A stretch of 64,000 nt of DNA from an archaeon. GTDB taxonomy: Archaea > SpSt-1190 > DYHY01. Shown here piece after piece: positions 19,363 through 29,074 of the stretch (positions are counted from its first letter, which is position 1; every line of letters starts with the position of its first letter). A program made the translations under genes and the position numbers. The stretch lies in the NCBI GenBank assembly GCA_037442745.1, contig JBBIPP010000002.1, forward strand, positions 1-64,000, written 5' to 3'. The notes beneath the pieces were generated by a model. It saw only the letters and a list, made by a program, of their open reading frames with translations. It did no database searches and was not told the origin of the DNA.

Positions 19363-20783
19363 GAGTTCTCCTGATACGCCCCCGGGACGGGGTCCAAATA
19401 AACACCCGCCTTCCGGAGAGCGTCAACAGGGTGCAAGGGGTTTATCCGCCACTTGGACTAGCATATGTCGCGGCTTCCCTAGAGGAAGACGGCCACCAAG
19501 TCTCGATAATAGACGCTCAGGCGGAAGGGCTTTCAAGGAACGAACTGAAGAGGCGCGCATTCTTAGCCAAGCCGGATGCAATCGGGACGAGCTCAATGAC
19601 ATCAACTTTCTGGGGAATTGTGGAAGCTATGCGGGCGTGTAAGGAAGCTCTCCCGGATGTCCCGACAATAATTGGCGGGCCCCATATGGACACATATCCA
19701 ATCGAGACAATGAGCCACAAGGAAATAGATTTCGGGATAATTGGCGAGGGAGAACCCGTTTTCCCAAGACTCCTCAATGCCCTTTCTGGGAAGCGGAGGA
19801 TTTCCTCCGTTAATTCAATAATTTACAAGAAGCGTTCCGGAGGAGCGAAAAGGACGAAAGGATATTCAATTGTCAGGGATTTGGATTCCCTTCCCTTTCC
19901 GGCAAGGCACCTTCTTCCGAACGACCTGTACGGCTCAATTCTTGTAGACAAGCCATTCACAACAATGGTTTCTTCTAGGGGATGCCCCTACAGGTGCGGA
20001 TACTGCTTCAAGGCTCCGAAGGACAGGGCAATGCGGTTCAGAAGCCCGAAAAAGATTGCGGACGAAATTGAAGAATGCCTTGAAAAATACCGGACACGCG
20101 ACCTATGGTTCTATGACGACACTCTGACCTTGAGCAAAAGCCATATTGAAGGGATTTGCAACGAAATAATCGGAAGGAAGCTATCGGTTAGATGGGAAGG
20201 TGTGACAAGAGTCGACAGGATAAACCCGGAGACTGCCCGGATAATGAAGAAAAGCGGGTGCCGGAGAATGCGCCTCGGAATTGAGAGCGGAAGCAACAGG
20301 ATTCTCAAGAGAATGATAAAAGACATTACTGTCGAGCGGGCGAAGGAAACAGTCTCAACTCTCAAAAATGCCGGAATAGAGACATTCGGCTTTTTCATGC
20401 TTGGCTATCCCGGGGAGACTGAAAAGACAATTAGGGAGACAATAGAATTTTCCAAATCCTCCGGAGTTGACTGGGCAATGTTTTCCGTCACAACGCCCTA
20501 TCCCGGGACAAGGCTCCACGAGGAGGCAGTCAGATTGGGCGTTATGCGGAAGGACTATTGGCGGGATTTCGTTCTCGGGACTGAAAAAGGGAGGATACCT
20601 TTCTTCATGGACGGCCTAGAAAGGGTTTCAAAGCAGGCCTATTCCGAATTCTACTTCAGGCCGGAGTTCGTAATTGGAAGGCTTTCCTCAATAAAATCCG
20701 TTTCAGACATTCTCAGATATCTGAAGGGATTCTATGCCCTCGCAAAATACAGGATGCTTCCGGAGGAGAGCGTCTTCTCCTAG
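19359..20783 (+). CDS. B12-binding radical SAM protein
   Basis: YPPLGLAYVAA, IIGGPH, GEGE, LDSLPFPARHLL, SRGCPYRCGYC, FYDD, GIESG, TPYPGT. ATGA overlap with the upstream gene. Confidence 0.93.
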   Translation: MRVLLIRPRDGVQINTRLPESVNRVQGVYPPLGLAYVAASLEEDGHQVSIIDAQAEGLSRNELKRRAFLAKPDAIGTSSMTSTFWGIVEAMRACKEALPDVPTIIGGPHMDTYPIETMSHKEIDFGIIGEGEPVFPRLLNALSGKRRISSVNSIIYKKRSGGAKRTKGYSIVRDLDSLPFPARHLLPNDLYGSILVDKPFTTMVSSRGCPYRCGYCFKAPKDRAMRFRSPKKIADEIEECLEKYRTRDLWFYDDTLTLSKSHIEGICNEIIGRKLSVRWEGVTRVDRINPETARIMKKSGCRRMRLGIESGSNRILKRMIKDITVERAKETVSTLKNAGIETFGFFMLGYPGETEKTIRETIEFSKSSGVDWAMFSVTTPYPGTRLHEEAVRLGVMRKDYWRDFVLGTEKGRIPFFMDGLERVSKQAYSEFYFRPEFVIGRLSSIKSVSDILRYLKGFYALAKYRMLPEESVFS

Positions 20784-21487
20784 TGGCCCTTTCTGGAAAG
20801 CCGCCCTATTTCAAAAAGGGACGCAAGCATTGAGAAAGCGTCCGGGAAAATCCTAAAGCGCGTCCGCCCGTCGTATTTCTCGCGAACCGCAACTTCCCGA
20901 ATCCCGATTCCGAGGTCGAGTGCGCCCCGTATAAGGACGAGGTCGAAATCAAAGCCGAGCCCTTTTCCCGGAAAGTTCCCGAATATTTTCCAGACGTCCT
21001 TCTTCCTGAACGCCTTCATCCCGCACTGCGTGTCCCTGAACCTGACATGGAGGATATGGCAGACTAGGGAGTTGAAGAGCTTCGTCAGAATCCTCCTTGC
21101 AAGGGGCCTGTTTTCAGCAAAAGTCCGCCTTCCAATAACAACGCCCGCCCCGTCCAGGGATTTCACGAATTCCCCGAGTTTTCCGAGCTCGAGGTTCGGG
21201 TCGCAGTCGCAGAAGACCAATTTGTCGCTTCTGGCGAGAGCGGTTGCATCAAGTATTGCCTTGCCCTTTCCTCTACGCAAAGGGCTTTTCGAGACTGCGA
21301 GCGAAATCCCCATCTTCCGGGCGAATTCCCTTGCCAATCTCTCCGTTCCGTCCTTCCCGTCAATTGCGAGAAAGAGTTTCGCTCCCTTCAGAGCACCCGA
21401 CCTTTCGAGAAGGGAAAGGAAATCAACAATCCTTCCCTCCTCCGAATATGCAGGGACAATCAGGGAGAAAAATTCTGACTTTGCCAA
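20780..21487 (-). CDS. GT2 glycosyltransferase (polyprenyl-phosphate sugar synthase-like)
   Basis: IVPAYSEE, DGT, RGKGKA, DCD, RDTQCGMKAF, FDFDL. Confidence 0.88.
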   Translation of the reverse strand: MAKSEFFSLIVPAYSEEGRIVDFLSLLERSGALKGAKLFLAIDGKDGTERLAREFARKMGISLAVSKSPLRRGKGKAILDATALARSDKLVFCDCDPNLELGKLGEFVKSLDGAGVVIGRRTFAENRPLARRILTKLFNSLVCHILHVRFRDTQCGMKAFRKKDVWKIFGNFPGKGLGFDFDLVLIRGALDLGIGIREVAVREKYDGRTRFRIFPDAFSMLASLFEIGRLSRKGH

Positions 21488-21529
21488 CAGGAAAATTCCC
21501 CGGCACTGAGTTAAAAGGTTGCCTATCTT

Positions 21530-22180
21530 TTTGAGGGAGAATTATAAGCAACCAAACTGGCCCAACTTTTCATGTGCGGGATTTTCGGAATATTTATTAG
21601 GAAAAGGGAACAAGAACAGAGACTCTCTGCAAAAAAGATACGCAGTCAAGAATGATGGGCTTAAGCGGTTTGAAATTGTTAGGTATAATGATGACATTTT
21701 CTCACAGAAAGTAAACGAACAAATATGCGCCTATCATATGTCTCCTCACAACAAGTTTGCATATAGTAATCGAAGATTTGTGACACTTACTACCACCTTC
21801 GTTCTTACTCCGAAGAGGCTTTTTAAGAAAAGACAAGTCTGAAATGCAGTTTAGGAATTCTCAACTCAAAAGTTATTGAGAATTACTCTCGGAAACACGC
21901 CAAGAAGATGGGTGCTTGCTTCGAGTATTCTTCAAACTCTATCGGCGCAATGCCGATTAAGCTACCAGATAAAAGAAGGCAGCAAGAAATTTCAACACTA
22001 GTCGACCAAATTCTGTCACTGAATGCAAACCTTTCTAAACTCGGTGACAAACAGACCTCCGAACACACCCGTCTTGAAGATGAGATAGCGAAGACCGATA
22101 GAGAGATTGACGCCCTTGTTTACGACCTCTACAGTCTAACAGAAGAATAACGGAAAATCGTTGAAGACGCGGTAAAGTGA
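21530..22180 (+). pseudogene. C-terminal remnant of a type IIG/N6-adenine restriction-modification enzyme (TaqI-C-like specificity domain)
   Basis: SLKCSLGILNSKVIENY...MPIKLP...EIDALVYDLYSLTEE*RKIVE. Frameshift near 21830, premature TAA at 22148, no methyltransferase core upstream. Confidence 0.8.
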
Positions 22181-22578
22181 GGCTTGAAGGGGGGCATTCT
22201 GTCGTTCTGGCAACGGCAGTTCTATTTTGTAGAGAGTGTCCTTGATACAGCCGGGTGGCGCGGGCATCATCACTTTGCGCGTCTTGAACCTCTTTGAGAT
22301 GTAATTAGCAAACTGTTTCCGTTCAGGTTAACGAAGGTACGATAAAGCATTCTCTATCAGAACGCTCGTTCCTTCTTCGAGTCTCAATGCCATCTCCTGC
22401 ACCCCGACCTTCTACTTGCTGTCGGGCATTATGCATCCATTTCAGAACAGCCTCAAGAAGCTTTGTTTTTCCACAACCGTTCCGTCCTTCAATCACAACA
22501 ATTCGCCGCTTCTTCGGGAAGACTGCTGCGAATTTCTTGACGGGCCGACCTTGTTTTGGTAGATTGATTTAACCTCAT
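22180..22578 (-). pseudogene. Decayed small ABC-type (SMC/RecF/OLD-like) ATPase
   Basis: With frameshifts it reads MRLKSIYQNKVGP-KKFAAVFPKKRRIVVIEGRNGCGKTKLLEA (Walker A). A later frame has SVLIENALSYL* (Walker-B-like). Confidence 0.6.
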
Positions 22579-22589
22579 AAGGAGCTAGG

Positions 22590-23142
22590 TTTGTCTTGCC
22601 TTCGTTCCACATCCGTTCCCGGAGCTTGACGGTCGCTCTCTCGAAAGTTTAGGAGGGAAATTATCCATTTCCCAGAGTTATTGAGGGAAAAGACGGCTCT
22701 TGAGGATTTCCTCAACCCAGACCGGCACGTAATCGGGACTCTCGGAGGAAATACGGACACTTCATTGAGTCTCTTTTTGAATAAAGCTTTCCCAAAGGCT
22801 CGGACGTTTTCAATGACATTCGAAGAGGCGGAGACAGTCAAACATGTCTCGAACGCGTTTCTTGCAACAAAAACATTCTTATTCAATTCAATAGGAAGGA
22901 AACTTCCAGCTTTCACCGAATCCGCACGGAGAGCGGTTTCCGCAGACAGGAGAATAGGGAGCTACTGGACATTCCCCGGAAAACCCTCATCAGGGACCTT
23001 CATTGAAAAGGATGCGCGGGCGCTCGTCCGGAAATACCTGTTATTGGAGATTGTCAAGCGCGCCCTTTCCGAGAATCAATCGGCTGGAAAAAATGCGAAA
23101 GCGCGCCGGAAATCCCGCCGAAAAACCACAAGAACGGCCTGA
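22590..23142 (+). pseudogene. UDP-glucose/GDP-mannose dehydrogenase fragment
   Basis: LRSTSVPGA*...FPELLREKTALEDFLNPDRHVIG...AETVKHVSNAFLATK...DRRIG...GTFIEKD. The N-terminal Rossmann part is missing, there is a TGA at 22627, and the catalytic Cys of GGxCxPKD is replaced. Confidence 0.8.
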
Positions 23143-24025
23143 AGGAAAAAATCAGGGAAAAAAGAAGTTTGTTTTGCGAGGACTGCTGGAAGGATTTCGC
23201 AATGCCAATTGCGAAAAGAGAAGAAACAAGCGCGAGGGAAACTGCCGGAACTATTGGAAGAGCCAAAACGGAACTCCCGGCAATTGCCGGCTGGATGAAA
23301 TAGAGAATTCCCGGATGGCTGCGAACAGTCCTTGAGAACCTTATCCCAGAGAGGAAAATCTCCGCATGGCTTTTCCCGTATTTCACGCATTCCCTGACAA
23401 AAGAGCCGAATGAATAGTCCTTCATGTGGATTACCGCTATCTTTGGGTCGAAGAACATCCGCTTTCCGGATCTCGCGAGCTTTTCAGAAATGAACGTGTC
23501 CGTTCCCTTTGTCAAGTCGTTTTTGAATCCGCCGACTTGTCGGAACTCCCGAGCTTTCACCAGGAAGTTGTTCGTGTCAAGCCAATACGTCTCTCCCCTT
23601 TTCCCGAGCCGGCTCTCAATATCCCCCCGCATGAACTTGTTGAAAATTCCCGGCTTCCTTTCGAACGGGTCGCTCCCCCCGATTGCCGAAAATCCTTCCG
23701 GCAGGCCGTGCTTCAGGGAATAAAGCCAGTTTTTTCCCGGCACGCAGTCCGGGTCGGTGAAGGCGAAATAATCGAACTTTTCCGGAAGGGATAGGCAATT
23801 GTCCCGTAGTTCCGAGACAGTCTTTCCTCTTGTCCTGACAATTTCCACTTTCTCGCGGAATTCCTCAGCTACTGAGACACTTGCCGAATCAGCATCCCTG
23901 TCGAGGACAACGAAAACCGAACAGTCAACTCCTTTTTGGGAAACCAAGGCTGACAGGCATTTCCTGAGCTTCTCCGGATTTTCCCGGCGGAGCGGGAGGA
24001 TTACTGCTATCTTTTCCCTAGCCAT
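23054..24025 (-). CDS. GT2 glycosyltransferase with C-terminal TM segments
   Basis: AVILP, FAFTDPDCVP...WL, VGGF, FDPKIAVIH. Confidence 0.85.
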   Translation of the reverse strand: MAREKIAVILPLRRENPEKLRKCLSALVSQKGVDCSVFVVLDRDADSASVSVAEEFREKVEIVRTRGKTVSELRDNCLSLPEKFDYFAFTDPDCVPGKNWLYSLKHGLPEGFSAIGGSDPFERKPGIFNKFMRGDIESRLGKRGETYWLDTNNFLVKAREFRQVGGFKNDLTKGTDTFISEKLARSGKRMFFDPKIAVIHMKDYSFGSFVRECVKYGKSHAEIFLSGIRFSRTVRSHPGILYFIQPAIAGSSVLALPIVPAVSLALVSSLFAIGIAKSFQQSSQNKLLFSLIFSFRPFLWFFGGISGALSHFFQPIDSRKGRA

Positions 24026-24995
24026 AAAAATTCCGTATCCACCTGTGCCTTTTCAATTCCGAGAGCTCGGATGCGGAGAGGGAAATTTCCGGAACAAGCG
24101 AGTTCTCAACAACCCTTTCCTTCTTGCGCATTCCAGGAATTACTGTCGAGACTGCCCTGTTCGCAAGGCAGAATGCGAGAGCCGCCTGGGGAAGCGTCCT
24201 TTTCGGCTTTTCGAGGAGCTCCTTTAGTTTTTCAACACGCTCCAAAACTTCCGGCATTCTCTCCTTCCTGAAATAGTCACTTCTCCAATCTGAAAAGACG
24301 GTCTTCTCCGTAAATTTCCCCCCGAGGCTCCCCTCATCCAACGGGACCCTGGCAATTACCCCGACATCGTTTTCCCGGCAAAGGTCGAAAAGCTCGTCCT
24401 CCGGGGACTGGTCGAAAATGTTGTAGATTACCTGCACCGAATCTATTTCCCCGCTCGCGACAATTTTCAGGGCAGTCTCCGGAGCATGGTCATTTATTGA
24501 CACGCCGAAAAAGTCGCACATTCCCTCCTTTTTCAGCTTCCTGAATGCGGACTTCCATCCGGACGCATTTACCCATTTATCCGACCAGACATGGAGCTGT
24601 AGGAGGTCAATTTTCCTTTTCCCGAGATTCTCCCAGCTTTTTTCCGCCATTTCCAGGACATAGTCTTCCGGGAAAACCTCCGAAACAGGAGCGTTCAATC
24701 TGGCAGGCCATTCCCGGTTCTTAGGGGGAACCTTGGTTGCTACTGCAAAAGGCGGGGAATTTTTCGGGAGAAGCTCCGAGAACTTTTCCCGCGCAGCTGA
24801 CACGAGCTTTTCAGAATGGCCATCCCCATAGACATATGCTGTATCGAAGAAGTTTATCCCATGCCTGAACGCTTCCTTCAAGGCGAGGAGAGAATCGGAA
24901 TCTTTCGCATTCCACATCCCTTTCCCTATTCCCCAAGTCCCAAAGCCTATTTCCGAGACTTTGATTTTAGTTCTTCCAAGAGCCCTGTATTTCAT
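24018..24995 (-). CDS. Aldo/keto reductase
   Basis: MKYRALGRT...IGFGTW, GINFFDTAYVYGDGHSE, ATK, IDLLQLH, QVIYN, VIPG. Confidence 0.95.
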   Translation of the reverse strand: MKYRALGRTKIKVSEIGFGTWGIGKGMWNAKDSDSLLALKEAFRHGINFFDTAYVYGDGHSEKLVSAAREKFSELLPKNSPPFAVATKVPPKNREWPARLNAPVSEVFPEDYVLEMAEKSWENLGKRKIDLLQLHVWSDKWVNASGWKSAFRKLKKEGMCDFFGVSINDHAPETALKIVASGEIDSVQVIYNIFDQSPEDELFDLCRENDVGVIARVPLDEGSLGGKFTEKTVFSDWRSDYFRKERMPEVLERVEKLKELLEKPKRTLPQAALAFCLANRAVSTVIPGMRKKERVVENSLVPEISLSASELSELKRHRWIRNFYG

Positions 24996-25626
24996 TCCGA
25001 AGGTTTGGCCGGAATTCATTTTAAAAGTTGGGTCGGAATATTGGCGGATAATGGAACCGAGAAGTTTTCCGACTGTTGCGGAAGTAATCCGAAGTTCTCA
25101 GGGGAACTGTCCTGGTCTATATCAGGTTCCTCAGGCATTCCTGTAATTCCGATGATCTGGATACAGTTCATGCTCGCCGTGGCAATACTCGTTGCAATTG
25201 CCACACTGTTAAGAAGAATCAACGAGATTGGAATTGAGAGAAAAGACATTTCAATAGCCGTTTTCTCGGAAATACCCTTCCCTCGCAAGGACTGTCTGGC
25301 TCCTCCTAATTCCCGGAATTTTTCCAATAATTGCGTCCGTCCTTAATTGGACTTGCCATTTCCCTTGTGGTTGGTAATATTCATCCTTTTTCGTCAACAA
25401 CATCCATGACCTTTTCCTCCTCAACTTGGCAACGAAATTCCTCTGCCGGAAGGAAGAGCATCCTTCTCCAATCCCCCCCTACCAACCTCCTCCAAGAGCC
25501 ACTTGTCGCCACACTCCTCAGGTTCCTGTTCTTCTCAGAAAAGCCCTCCGGTCTCGCCCCGACGGGGTTCGCCCCTATCTCGGGAGAAATACTTGTTGAC
25601 GCATTCGTTGTTTCTGACAATAAGAA

Positions 25627-26003
25627 TCAGAAATATCTTTTTCCCGGACGGGTTTCCCACAAGGCGATTCCCCTCTGATAATCCGGTTGATAGAGTTCAG
25701 TTATTTCAAAAATTCCCCGTGTATGGGGAATTCCGTCCTTCAGGTAGATTGTCTGCTCAAAAAGCAAGGCAGGGCCACAGAAGAGCCATTTGCTCTCAAT
25801 ATTTTCCACAAGGAAAACCCTCACAGGAGGGACGCGGCATGTCCGGTCTCTCTTCTGAATCAAAAGTCCGCCCAAAAGTCCTTGGAAAACGGCTTCTTTA
25901 CATGCGCTTCCAAGGAGAGCTTCTCTGGGAAACCCCGCTCACCAGTTATCCACAAAGTTTTGTTCAATTCAACAACGCTTCCAATATGGCGGTTTCCCCC
26001 CAT
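25627..26003 (-). pseudogene. Frameshifted conserved hypothetical protein
   Basis: Two frames join near 25875 into one coherent ~125 aa protein (GSVVELNKTLWITGERGFPEKL / PPVRVFLVENIESKWLF...RPGKRYF). It resembles an uncharacterised family I recall but cannot verify. Confidence 0.5.
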
Positions 26004-26040
26004 CAAATCTTTTTTAAACACTCGGGAAAAGTGGCGAAAT

Positions 26041-27663
26041 GTGTCCGCAAAAGAGAAGGAAACCCCCTCGAGAGAAAGAAGATGGTCTTCCCTCATACAT
26101 AACGGAGTAATTTTCCCCCAAAAATACGCATTCAAAGGATTTCCAATCAAAATAAGGGGGGCTCCCTTCAAGGCAACGCCCCTTCAGGAGGAAATGCTCT
26201 TTGCAATTGCTAGGAAAATAGGAACGCCCTATCTCGAAGACCCGGTTTTCATCGAAAACTTCATGTCGGACTTTTCGAAGACACTTCCCCGGGAGCTCAT
26301 GGAAGTGAAATTCGGGGAAATAGACCTGTCCGCAATAAGGAAATTCCAGGAGGAGGAAAAGGCGGCAAAAGAGCGTCTCACAAAAGAGGAGAAGAAAGCC
26401 CTCCTGAATGCGAGAAAAGCCGAACGGGAAAAGCTCAAAGAGAAGTTCGGCTATGCGATTGTTGACGGGAAAAAAGTCGAGCGGGCAGGATATGTTGTCG
26501 AACCAGCAGGCCTCTTTATGGGGAGGGGCGCGCACCCAAACAGGGGAAAATGGAAGGCCCAGGCGAAAGCGGAGGAAATAACTCTCAATCTCTCAAAGGA
26601 CGCCCCCGTTCCGGAGGGTAACTGGAGGAAAATAGTGAGCGACCCAAAATCAACATGGCTCGCGTCCTGGACCGACCAATTGTCCGGGAAAGTAAAGTAT
26701 ATGTGGCTGTCTGACCTCTCAGAGATCCGCCAGCAGAACGACATCAAAAAATATGACAAGGCGAAAATACTTTCCTCCAAAATAGACAAGGTCAGAAATG
26801 AGATATCAAGATGCCTATCGCTCAAGTCTGAAGAGAAAAAGAAGCTGGCGGTCGTGGCGTATCTTATCGACAGGCTAGCAATGCGGGTCGGGGACGAAAA
26901 AGACAAGGACGAAGCCGACACTGTCGGGGCGACCACCCTTCGGGCCGAGCACGTGAAAGTCTCCGGAGAGAAGATATTCTTCGACTTTTTGGGAAAGGAC
27001 TCCGTAAGGTGGCAAAAGGAGATAGTGTGCGGGACTGACGATGACAGAAAAGTTCTCAAATATCTCGGGGAAGCAATCAGGAAGAAAAAGCCGGAAGACC
27101 CTCTTTTCCCGGAAATAACTTCCTCCAAGGTCAACAATTTCCTCTCCTCCTGCGCGAAAGGCCTCTCAGCCAAGGTTTTCAGGACATATCATGCTACGAA
27201 GAAAGTGGAAGAGTTCCTTGCGAATTCCCAGATAACAAAGGAAGCTCCTGACTATGAGAAGGTCTACTGGGGGAAGCTTGCGAACCTTGAAGCCGCGCGC
27301 GTCTGCAACCACAAGAGGACGCCACCAAAGGGGTGGGAAGACTCCCTCCGGAAAAAAGAGGAGAAGCTAGCCCTTCTTGAGAAGGAACTGTCGGAAAACT
27401 CCCAAAAAAAGGCAGTCTCTGAGCGCGTCGGAAGGGCGAAGAGGGAACTTGAGCTTGCAGTGAAAGTAAGGGACTATAACATGAACACGTCCCTCCGAAA
27501 TTACATTGATCCAAGGGTTTATGCAATGTGGTCGAAGCGAGTCGGAATTGACGTGCGGAAAATATACCCAGCGTCCCTCCAGAAAAAGTTTTCCTGGATT
27601 CCAGAAATAAGGCCTGCCGAGAAAAAGAAAAAAGGAAAACCGGGAACTATTTCATTTTCCTGA
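26041..27663 (+). CDS. DNA topoisomerase IB (long, eukaryote/thaumarchaeal-like)
   Basis: WSSLIHNGVIFP, EPAGLFMGRGAHPNRGKWK, MRVGDEKD, FDFLGKDS, AKVFRTYHA, CNHKR, TSLRNYIDPR (R-K-R-H-Y pentad). GTG start 22 nt after the TATA at 26011-26018. Confidence 0.96.
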   Translation: MSAKEKETPSRERRWSSLIHNGVIFPQKYAFKGFPIKIRGAPFKATPLQEEMLFAIARKIGTPYLEDPVFIENFMSDFSKTLPRELMEVKFGEIDLSAIRKFQEEEKAAKERLTKEEKKALLNARKAEREKLKEKFGYAIVDGKKVERAGYVVEPAGLFMGRGAHPNRGKWKAQAKAEEITLNLSKDAPVPEGNWRKIVSDPKSTWLASWTDQLSGKVKYMWLSDLSEIRQQNDIKKYDKAKILSSKIDKVRNEISRCLSLKSEEKKKLAVVAYLIDRLAMRVGDEKDKDEADTVGATTLRAEHVKVSGEKIFFDFLGKDSVRWQKEIVCGTDDDRKVLKYLGEAIRKKKPEDPLFPEITSSKVNNFLSSCAKGLSAKVFRTYHATKKVEEFLANSQITKEAPDYEKVYWGKLANLEAARVCNHKRTPPKGWEDSLRKKEEKLALLEKELSENSQKKAVSERVGRAKRELELAVKVRDYNMNTSLRNYIDPRVYAMWSKRVGIDVRKIYPASLQKKFSWIPEIRPAEKKKKGKPGTISFS

Positions 27664-27871
27664 ATCCGACATATGCGATGACTGCCCCAAGAGCGCCAAG
27701 GCCGATTTTCACAAGAAAGCTCCCTCCGAGACCTCCGAACCAGGGCATTAGGAAGAGCGCGCCACCGATTGCAAGAGCCAACACAGGAAGGGAGAACGGG
27801 CTAGATTTTTCCGGTGACTTTTGCTGTTGAGCTTGGGGTTGCTGGGATTGTTGTTGCGGTAGTTCTGCCAT
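27647..27871 (-). CDS. Small membrane protein (2 TM, Gln-rich N-terminus)
   Basis: Co-oriented directly downstream of PCNA, with two hydrophobic helices. Confidence 0.6.
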   Translation of the reverse strand: MAELPQQQSQQPQAQQQKSPEKSSPFSLPVLALAIGGALFLMPWFGGLGGSFLVKIGLGALGAVIAYVGFRKMK

Positions 27872-27876
27872 TTCAC

Positions 27877-28671
27877 TCACTCGCTTTCAATTCTCGGAGC
27901 CAGGACGTATTTCAGCTGTATCTTGTCAGTGACAAGGTATTCGAGCTGTATTGGAAAGTCCGTCTTGAACTGTATTTTCGCAGTCTCAGATAACTTTCCG
28001 CCCTTGACCATTTTCCTTAGATAATCGACAGCATACCTGGCTTTTGCGGGGGCGGTTGCCTCAATTTCCACGAGCGCTTCGTCCCTGCCCTTTTCCAGTT
28101 CAGTCACGACTTTTCCGTTCTCGCCCGAAGCCTCGACCGAGAATGTCTTTTTGTCCGCAAGAATCAGGACGGAGTCCGAAAACACCTCAGCGTCTGAAAT
28201 TGCCTGTGAGAGGGAATCGCTTTTCAGAACAACTGTTGCCTCGAAGTTTATTGTAGGGGGCTTTCTTCCTTCAGACGGATTCTCTATAAGTGGAATGTTA
28301 AACCTCCTTGTTCCCGAACCTTTCAGGACAATTGAGAGGGTTGAGGATTCCTGAGGCAATTTCAGCGTCAAGGCGTCTGAGGATCCCGCCTGCTTCATTA
28401 CTTGCATGAGGCGCTCCATGTCAATCCCTATTGTCTTCTCCTCAGTTAGTGAATAGCTCTCAAAAGCAGTCACAAGGAGCCGGAAAGTGACCATTGAGAC
28501 GTTCGCAGGGTCCATTGCCGAGAAATAAAGCCCGTCCTTTGTGAGCTTGAAGGAAACCTCCTCCTTTACAATCTCATACACTGCAGAGACCGCATCCTTC
28601 AGTATTCCGGCCCCCGCTAGCTTTGCTTCGAACGCGTTCTTCACTTCCTTTGTTTCCTCATTACCAGTCAT
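27877..28671 (-). CDS. pcn: DNA polymerase sliding clamp PCNA
   Basis: AMDPANVSMV, FESY, ARYAVDYL, FKTDFPI, YVLAPRIE. Confidence 0.97.
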   Translation of the reverse strand: MTGNEETKEVKNAFEAKLAGAGILKDAVSAVYEIVKEEVSFKLTKDGLYFSAMDPANVSMVTFRLLVTAFESYSLTEEKTIGIDMERLMQVMKQAGSSDALTLKLPQESSTLSIVLKGSGTRRFNIPLIENPSEGRKPPTINFEATVVLKSDSLSQAISDAEVFSDSVLILADKKTFSVEASGENGKVVTELEKGRDEALVEIEATAPAKARYAVDYLRKMVKGGKLSETAKIQFKTDFPIQLEYLVTDKIQLKYVLAPRIESE

Positions 28672-29021
28672 TTGCCAAGCACCTTTTCTGCCCTCAAAAC
28701 AAGCGGGCTGTCCAAAGCCTCGCTTTTTGCGAGTATTTCCCCGTTTATGTCGAATTTCTCCCCTTGGGGGACAACAAGGCCGAATACCAGGACCGAATCC
28801 CCAATCGAATACTTTTTATCAATGTCATCGGCAATGTCCAAGTTGTCGAAGAAAATCTCAGCCTTTCCGGTGGAATCGGCAAGGGTTATTGAACCGGGCC
28901 CGTTTTTCTTCTCAATTTTCCCGGAAAGCCTGACTCTTTTGTCTCCGAGCGAGAGCTCACCGATTTTCCTTATTGCTGATGGGTTTCTTCTTATCTGGCG
29001 AATGCTTTCAGCCTCTTCCAC
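28668..29021 (-). CDS. Replication protein A small subunit (RPA14/Rpa3-like OB fold)
   Basis: RRNPSAIRKIGEL...RVRLSG...LADSTG...GDSVLVFG. GTG start at 29021 inferred; the longer ORF overlaps pepA. Confidence 0.75.
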   Translation of the reverse strand: MEEAESIRQIRRNPSAIRKIGELSLGDKRVRLSGKIEKKNGPGSITLADSTGKAEIFFDNLDIADDIDKKYSIGDSVLVFGLVVPQGEKFDINGEILAKSEALDSPLVLRAEKVLGK

Positions 29022-29074
29022 AAATATTGGGTTTTCAGTAAAGTTTAAAACAATTGCCCTCGTTTTTCCGTAAA

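Noticed and set aside
25250-25440. Possible Lrp/AsnC or NUDIX/IDI fragments (IIGKIPGIRRSQTVL; MDVVDEKG*)
   Set aside because: The matches are too short and in different frames to support a call.
25687-26040. 118-aa N-terminal extension of topoisomerase IB
   Set aside because: It overlaps a minus-strand pseudogene. Homology starts near WSSLIHNG and a TATA box supports a start at 26041.
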